DNA of 64,000 nt, taken from a virus. A model generated the notes under the pieces. It searched no databases. It was given only the letters and a program-made list of their open reading frames with translations, and was not told where the DNA came from. Shown piece by piece: positions 59,041-64,000 of the stretch (position 1 is its first letter; every line of letters begins with the position of its first letter). The stretch is from IMG/VR virus record IMGVR_UViG_3300042332_001411, positions 6,786 through 70,785 of that record; one strand, written 5' to 3'. The position numbers were made by a program, and so were the translations under genes.

Positions 59041-59069
59041 ATTATACATAAGGCTAAAAGGTTTGTCAA
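59041..59069 (-). promoter_or_regulatory. Consensus sigma70 promoter
   Basis: TTGACA-N17-TATAAT on the minus strand. Confidence 0.75.
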
Positions 59070-59094
59070 CCCTATAATGATATAATATGAGGGT

Positions 59095-59220
59095 ATGAGT
59101 GATAATCTTTTAAAACAAATAGCAGCAATAATAGCCCCACATCTAAGGTATAAACACAAAGACTCAAGGTCTTTAGAGATAGCAGAAAAAATACTAGAAG
59201 AAATAAACAATAAGAACTGA
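59095..59220 (+). CDS. Small hypothetical protein (41 aa, not in the ORF track)
   Basis: Follows TGATATAAT and GAGG; MSDNLLKQIAAIIAPHL... Confidence 0.45.
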   Translation: MSDNLLKQIAAIIAPHLRYKHKDSRSLEIAEKILEEINNKN

Positions 59221-59232
59221 TATACTGGTTTG

Positions 59233-59982
59233 ATGTTATATGTGGTAGGTCTTCCAGTGGGTAATTACGCAGACATGCCACCCAGAAACCTTCAAATGAT
59301 TAAAGATGCCAAACACCTTGTAGTTGAGAATACTGAACAATTTGAGCAATTTTTGCACACTTTTAAAATAGATAAAAGTGATTGTAACATTCTGTATCTT
59401 ATTACTCAAAACAAAAATATGGCTCAAGATCCAGCAGAAAAAGAAATAACGGCTCAGGTGCTGAAATATTTAAAAATGGGAGAAGATGTTTATTTAATTT
59501 GTGATGACGGGATGCCAGGGATTGCAGATCCAGGAGCAAGGCTAATAAAAAGATGCGGTGAACACGGGATAAAGGTGTCTGCCACTCCTGGTCCAAGTGC
59601 AGTCATAGCAGCCGTAACAGTTGCCGCTATGGGACATAATTTTTCCTTTCATTCTTTTTTTGCAAAAGATAAAATTTTTAGAAAGGGTCAATTATTAAGT
59701 TTAAAGGATAACCCCATGGCTCATGTATTTATGCTTAGAAATGCCATATCTCCAAAAGAATTTTTACCAGAAATTGAAGAGGTATTTCCTGAAATTATAG
59801 AAATCTGGGGGGATAGACAAGCAACCCTTTGTATCAATTTAACCATGGATAATGAGACTGTCGTCAGAGGAAAGATATCTTACTTATTAGAATACATACT
59901 CAAACATAGACAAACTAAAGATAAAATAATGATCGTAATAGAAGGAAAAGATCAAAACGGTTTTTATCCTCGCAGCAGGTAG
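59233..59982 (+). CDS. RsmI-like SAM methyltransferase (second paralog)
   Basis: LYVVGLPVGN..D...R; DDGMPGIADPG; PGPSAV.AA; LT...E.V.RG; leaderless TATACT-N6-ATG. Confidence 0.85.
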   Translation: MLYVVGLPVGNYADMPPRNLQMIKDAKHLVVENTEQFEQFLHTFKIDKSDCNILYLITQNKNMAQDPAEKEITAQVLKYLKMGEDVYLICDDGMPGIADPGARLIKRCGEHGIKVSATPGPSAVIAAVTVAAMGHNFSFHSFFAKDKIFRKGQLLSLKDNPMAHVFMLRNAISPKEFLPEIEEVFPEIIEIWGDRQATLCINLTMDNETVVRGKISYLLEYILKHRQTKDKIMIVIEGKDQNGFYPRSR

Positions 59983-60601
59983 TGGCACGAGGTGGGACAA
60001 CTATAGAGGCGTTCCAAAGCATAGAGTCGTAATTGAAGGTGAAGTCCTGGTTGAACGGACATATCGGCAATTTTCTAAGTATGCAGATAAGGTCATAATC
60101 GTCGCTAATGAGGAACAAGGCTTTGCCCAGACTTATATCCCCCCTGAAAATAAAGCATGGAGAGATATAGCCAAGTTCTACTCAAGTAGGGATATCTGGA
60201 CAGAGGGTAAGAATATTCTGGTTTTTGCAGATGTGTACTTTACCGATGAAGCAGTTGAACGAATTATGAATGATCCTTATGGCCTATCATTTTATCTACG
60301 TAGCAAACCTTCTCACCTTACAAAGAAGTTATGGAAGGAGATATGGGGTATAGGGTTTGAAGGTTTTTCTATTCCTATCTTAGAGTCTACGATATTAAAA
60401 ATCATAGAATCCAAAGAGAATTACAGTGCTGGTGGTTGGCGTTTGTATGACCAATTAACCCAAGATAAACAAAAATTTCACTCCGTAGAGATAGATGATT
60501 GGACTGAAGACTTTGATTTTCCTGCAGATATTGACACTTGGGAAGCAAGGAGAAAGAGGTTTTTAGCACAAATAAATGTTACTGATGATAGCAAGATCTA
60601 A
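59951..60601 (+). CDS. Sugar/choline-phosphate nucleotidyltransferase (LicC/MobA-like) with a non-canonical ATC start
   Basis: The frame of ORF 60233 extends upstream to (I)KTVFILAAGSGTRW...PKH; C-terminal DFDFPAD. Confidence 0.75.
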   Translation: MKTVFILAAGSGTRWDNYRGVPKHRVVIEGEVLVERTYRQFSKYADKVIIVANEEQGFAQTYIPPENKAWRDIAKFYSSRDIWTEGKNILVFADVYFTDEAVERIMNDPYGLSFYLRSKPSHLTKKLWKEIWGIGFEGFSIPILESTILKIIESKENYSAGGWRLYDQLTQDKQKFHSVEIDDWTEDFDFPADIDTWEARRKRFLAQINVTDDSKI

Positions 60602-60656
60602 CTGTAGAGTAAAGTGGAGGAAAGTGGTGGGGAATGGAGCGCTTTTATATGGGGCT

Positions 60657-61330
60657 TCGTAATGTCTGGCGGAAAAACCTTCCTATCCCAAACCTTCAAA
60701 CCTTCAAACCATATGCCCTGCATACGCCTTATACCATAGATATAAAGGTTTGTCAAGCACCAAAAGGCTCATAAAAAAATAAAGAAAAAGTTATAAAACC
60801 ATATAGAATCTGGAAAAAAGATTAAGGTTTCGTAATAAAAAAAGGTAAAAAGGTTTGAAAGTATTGAGGTTTTATATAGAGAGTATTATGACTCTGATTG
60901 TCTTTGTCCCCGCTTGAAAAGGCGCTTGATGTTACGAAGGACCTTGACGGGATGACGTACTGGGGAGAAAGCAAATGAAATTGCGTGCTCTATTGCCGCT
61001 TCCATCTCTCTTTCTCTTTCAGACTGACGGCGGAACATTGCTCTTGAAAAGTGACGGGGACTCATAATGATATTATATCACTATTTAATTATATAAAAAT
61101 CCGGGGATTAACCTTGAAACCTATACTTAAAGTGTATAAGACAAGTATCTATAATCAAACCATCCTTGTCAGATACATAGGTGGCTTCTTTATCACAGTA
61201 ATAACATTTGGTTTTAAGGTTTGACATATTGAAATTATAGCATATGAAGGTTTGGCTATGAATCTGGAAAATATTTCAGTGGATCGTAATGTCTGGATCG
61301 TAATAAGGTTTTAAGGTTTGATGGTTTGGA
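60657..61330. repeat. Dispersed short-repeat region (AAGGTTT/AAACCTT about 10 times; 13-bp and 12-bp direct repeats)
   Basis: TCGTAATGTCTGG at 60657 and 61284; GAATCTGGAAAA at 60806 and 61260. Confidence 0.65.
60886..61065 (-). CDS. Small basic leaderless protein (59 aa, not in the ORF track)
   Basis: TGATATAAT-N6-ATG; MSPRHFSRAMFRRQSERE... Confidence 0.55.
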   Translation of the reverse strand: MSPRHFSRAMFRRQSEREREMEAAIEHAISFAFSPVRHPVKVLRNIKRLFKRGQRQSES

Positions 61331-61347
61331 AAGTATGGACCGGGCCT

Positions 61348-61548
61348 TTAGGCCATGCCCCAATAAAAACCCACAACTTTAGATATTTGTTCCATCTTAC
61401 TTTCATCATCAATTAAAGATTCTCCAGTAGTATCCTGACCAAAAATATCTCCAATAAGATCAACAGCAACCTTTGATTTGTTGCCATCATTTGCTACTAC
61501 CCAGTTATCAAAAGACTCTTGATCTATTAATATTTCTGCTCTTTCCAT
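61348..61548 (-). CDS. Hypothetical protein
   Basis: SD GGGGGA. Confidence 0.6.
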   Translation of the reverse strand: MERAEILIDQESFDNWVVANDGNKSKVAVDLIGDIFGQDTTGESLIDDESKMEQISKVVGFYWGMA

Positions 61549-61558
61549 TTTGTTCCCC

Positions 61559-61864
61559 CTATTTGTTATCTTTAATATAAGACTCAGAATTACTTAACAT
61601 ATCTTCTAAGTCCTCCCAGCCTTTATCTACAATATCTCCTGCCTCATCTACAAACCCTAGAGATGCCAAAAGCATATCAAAGGTTTCTTGTGTATAAAGA
61701 TCAGACCTTGGAGAAGGAGCAACAATGTCAGTATGAATAGCGTAGGCTAGTGGTAGTCCTATATCGTTATAGTCTACAAACTCTTCAAAGGCTTCTTCAT
61801 CACGATAGTTTAACCACAACTCAGAAAGAATTTTTAACTTAGTAGTTGGTCCTGTTTGGCTCAT
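61559..61864 (-). CDS. Hypothetical protein
   Basis: Leaderless TGGTATACT-N6-ATG; YNDIGLPLAY motif. Confidence 0.65.
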   Translation of the reverse strand: MSQTGPTTKLKILSELWLNYRDEEAFEEFVDYNDIGLPLAYAIHTDIVAPSPRSDLYTQETFDMLLASLGFVDEAGDIVDKGWEDLEDMLSNSESYIKDNK

Positions 61865-61891
61865 CTTATAAGTATACCAAACTATTCGTTG

Positions 61892-62125
61892 TCATGGAAG
61901 TCTTCTTTGATCATACTGTAATTTAGCGTGCTCTATCTCGTCCTCTTGAAACTTAGCACTTTCCAGCACTTCTAATGCCCTGCGATAAATTAAATAAGGA
62001 GTTGCCTTAGCCAAATAATATCCAACCTTTTCTAAATCAAGGTAGAAGTCAGAGAGGTGCTTGCCAATGGCAATAGCAACCTTCTCCTCATTTGTCGTTC
62101 GATTAGCCCTACTAATGCGATACAT
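61892..62125 (-). CDS. Hypothetical protein
   Basis: SD AAGGAG. Confidence 0.6.
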   Translation of the reverse strand: MYRISRANRTTNEEKVAIAIGKHLSDFYLDLEKVGYYLAKATPYLIYRRALEVLESAKFQEDEIEHAKLQYDQRRLP

Positions 62126-62150
62126 AACTCTCCTTACTCCTCAGTATATC

Positions 62151-62208
62151 AAAAAGTGGGGTAGAGCACAAACCACCCATTAGTCGGTGCCCTACCCTCG
62201 TTTTTAGC
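62151..62208 (-). terminator. Probable terminator
   Basis: GGGTAGGGCAC...GTGCTCTACCC hairpin followed by TTTTT on the minus strand. Confidence 0.5.
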
Positions 62209-62219
62209 AGGTGGTGACC

Positions 62220-62591
62220 CTACCCCTGCAGCGCTCCTACGGGCGTATCCGTAGAGCAATTATAAGAAATAAAACTATCAATGTCTTTGTGGTCTACGCC
62301 ATCATGACTAATAGTATTATCTGTTAGGTCGATTAATATTGGATGGTCCGCAAACCCTAAGTCATTAGGATTACATGCATAGATTCCAAACCCTGTCTCA
62401 TCCAAGATAGAGTCTTGCATCAAGTAACTAATAGCCATGCGGGTATAGTATTCTGTATCCCCTTTACGTACCGCTGCATGCTTTAGGGCCTGAGCCAGAT
62501 CTGTATACATACTGTCTTCGCCCCAATGACTGTACAGTGCTACTGCTAGGTCCTCTGATTGTTTAAATACGAATGTACAGCGTGCTCCCAT
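62220..62591 (-). CDS. Hypothetical protein
   Basis: MGAR...LYSHWG motif. Confidence 0.65.
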   Translation of the reverse strand: MGARCTFVFKQSEDLAVALYSHWGEDSMYTDLAQALKHAAVRKGDTEYYTRMAISYLMQDSILDETGFGIYACNPNDLGFADHPILIDLTDNTISHDGVDHKDIDSFISYNCSTDTPVGALQG

Positions 62592-62737
62592 TAGTCATCC
62601 GTCCTTTCAGGTATGATTGATATTTGATTTGTTATCTCATTAAAGATATCGTTCTCGTCTTCAGTGTCAGTCTCATATTCAAAATTCATATAAGTACCTG
62701 TGGGCTCAAAGATTATTTCAACATCCCATGTAGCCAT
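62591..62737 (-). CDS. Small acidic protein (not in the ORF track)
   Basis: MATWDVEIIFEPTG...; 48 aa; coupled at both ends. Confidence 0.6.
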   Translation of the reverse strand: MATWDVEIIFEPTGTYMNFEYETDTEDENDIFNEITNQISIIPERTDD

Positions 62738-63054
62738 TATAGGTCCCCCTCAAAATCGATTACGACTTTAGAAACTCTGCCGTCCTCGTTCATCTGAACA
62801 TAGACTGGATATAAACCATCGCCATATCCTGTATTAAATACTACTGCCGTGCTATTACCTAACTGACCGTAAGCATTAGAAATAGTGGTGGCACATGCGC
62901 CATGATAAGAATATTCACCTTTCTTGTTTTCAATATTCCATTCATCATTTTTGTTGGTGTCCCAATTGTCTAAATAACATGGGTCGCCAACCATTGCCTG
63001 TCCGCTATCAATTCCTATTTGGCCTGCTAGGATTAAAGTATCTGTTTTTATCAT
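62737..63054 (-). CDS. DUF4241-like protein
   Basis: IDSGQ....DPCY...TGYGDGLYPV. Confidence 0.65.
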   Translation of the reverse strand: MIKTDTLILAGQIGIDSGQAMVGDPCYLDNWDTNKNDEWNIENKKGEYSYHGACATTISNAYGQLGNSTAVVFNTGYGDGLYPVYVQMNEDGRVSKVVIDFEGDL

Positions 63055-63063
63055 TGGGTCTCC

Positions 63064-63621
63064 TTAGAAGTGAAAATCTACTGGTACTAGATATTGTAGA
63101 GCAGACTGTTCAGGTTTGTCAAGTCGCTCATTTAAATACTCGAATTCTGAGACATGTTCTTGAAGATCGTAAAACCCACTGTCGGATGTCCAAGAGCCCA
63201 GAAGCATTTCTGCTGCCTGTTTGATAGAATAAACATTCATTAGGGTATCTCCGTTCCAGGGACCCCTGCCACCCTCTGAAGCATAGTCGACCATTTGACT
63301 AATAAACTTATCAGTCTTAATCTCTACTATGTTCCTGTTCATGGTTTGAGAGCGGAACCTTAAGATATCCTTAACTACTTCTTGGAACTTTTCTTTATTT
63401 TCAGCATAGCCAATAACATCAGTGCTGTCATGGTTATAACCGTCCATAAAGTCTTTAGATTTTTGTGCATTAGTGCTCCACCTTCCTCCGCCAACGACGT
63501 GCCAATCTGACCAATCGCCTATGCGGTATCCGTCTTCGTTTGTTTGTAGGCTTACAACAACTTTGTCAAAAGCCTCTTGCTTGTTATTTGCTTCAACTGC
63601 TAAATAATGTAGGGTATGCAT
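63064..63621 (-). CDS. Hypothetical protein
   Basis: WSDWHVVGGGRW...VPVDFHF motifs. Confidence 0.65.
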   Translation of the reverse strand: MHTLHYLAVEANNKQEAFDKVVVSLQTNEDGYRIGDWSDWHVVGGGRWSTNAQKSKDFMDGYNHDSTDVIGYAENKEKFQEVVKDILRFRSQTMNRNIVEIKTDKFISQMVDYASEGGRGPWNGDTLMNVYSIKQAAEMLLGSWTSDSGFYDLQEHVSEFEYLNERLDKPEQSALQYLVPVDFHF

Positions 63622-63944
63622 TAGTCGTCCTTTCCTGCAATTAGTTGTATCTGATAATACTGTTTGTCATCGTAGGGCACGGTAGTTACAAAGTAACCAA
63701 TCCTATTAACCATATGCATACCGTCAGAGATATACGTACCACCGTTATCTCCGTCACAGTAAGTCCATACAGTGTTGGGATGTAGAAACGCATGGTCCCT
63801 AACAAACTCTACCTCGTCACCATATGTCTCAAACATATAGCCATGTTCACCGTCATTGAATGAGGCATTCTCATCTAAATGGTTTGGGATAGGCTTGAAC
63901 TGTTTAAACCATTCATCCTCTGTAAGTTCTACTAACTTGGGCAT
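63621..63944 (-). CDS. Hypothetical protein
   Basis: FETYG.E...VWT...G.H.VNRIGY motif. Confidence 0.65.
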   Translation of the reverse strand: MPKLVELTEDEWFKQFKPIPNHLDENASFNDGEHGYMFETYGDEVEFVRDHAFLHPNTVWTYCDGDNGGTYISDGMHMVNRIGYFVTTVPYDDKQYYQIQLIAGKDD

Positions 63945-64000
63945 TGGGCTTCTTTCTCTAGGGTTCTTAATACAATTTTACTACGAACTGGGAAAAATTA

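Noticed and set aside
60598-60723. 41-codon minus-strand ORF after a TTGACA-N17-TATAAG promoter
   Set aside because: It merely translates the repeats, and the -10-to-ATG spacing of 4 nt does not fit the leaderless rule; a non-coding transcript remains possible.
1-64000. Stop-codon reassignment
   Set aside because: Core genes are intact in the standard code, and TAG and TGA both serve as real stops (e.g. SSB ends in TAG).
1-64000. Prophage or bacterial chromosome, DGR, or retron
   Set aside because: No integrase, reverse transcriptase or host housekeeping operons; host-like genes are interspersed among phage genes.

Overview
A 64-kb segment of a large, AT-rich tailed dsDNA phage. The host is probably an actinobacterium, most likely freshwater. 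Evidence for this is WhiB, DnaE, RecA, a Cas4-like nuclease, leaderless promoters and secreted proteins of actinobacterial style. Gene order: end of the tail module (tape measure with LysM, minor tail proteins; 1-10353); replication/recombination (DnaB, DnaG, SSB, DnaE, RecA, resolvases, Cas4-like; 10353-23900); terminase (26027-28325); secreted/membrane and lysis genes (28343-33777); a long accessory region (33800-60600); a repeat-rich strand-switch region (60600-61350); and small minus-strand genes. The accessory region holds most of about 13 2OG-Fe(II) oxygenase domains (four more sit among the replication genes), glycosyltransferases, a carbamoyltransferase, a Stealth protein, methyltransferases, two RsmI-like methylases, Hsp20 and two tRNAs. 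Best leads: (1) a prolyl-hydroxylase plus GT60-like protein-glycosylation toolkit; (2) two RsmI-like rRNA methylases, one overlapping an NTP-transferase that appears to start at ATC; (3) a ROSE-type RNA thermometer on hsp20; (4) a covarying 26-nt pseudoknot found at two loci; (5) accessory genes built as leaderless '-10-N6-ATG' cassettes; (6) an MraZ-box-like array and iteron-like repeats. All functional calls come from reading motifs by eye; no database search was run.
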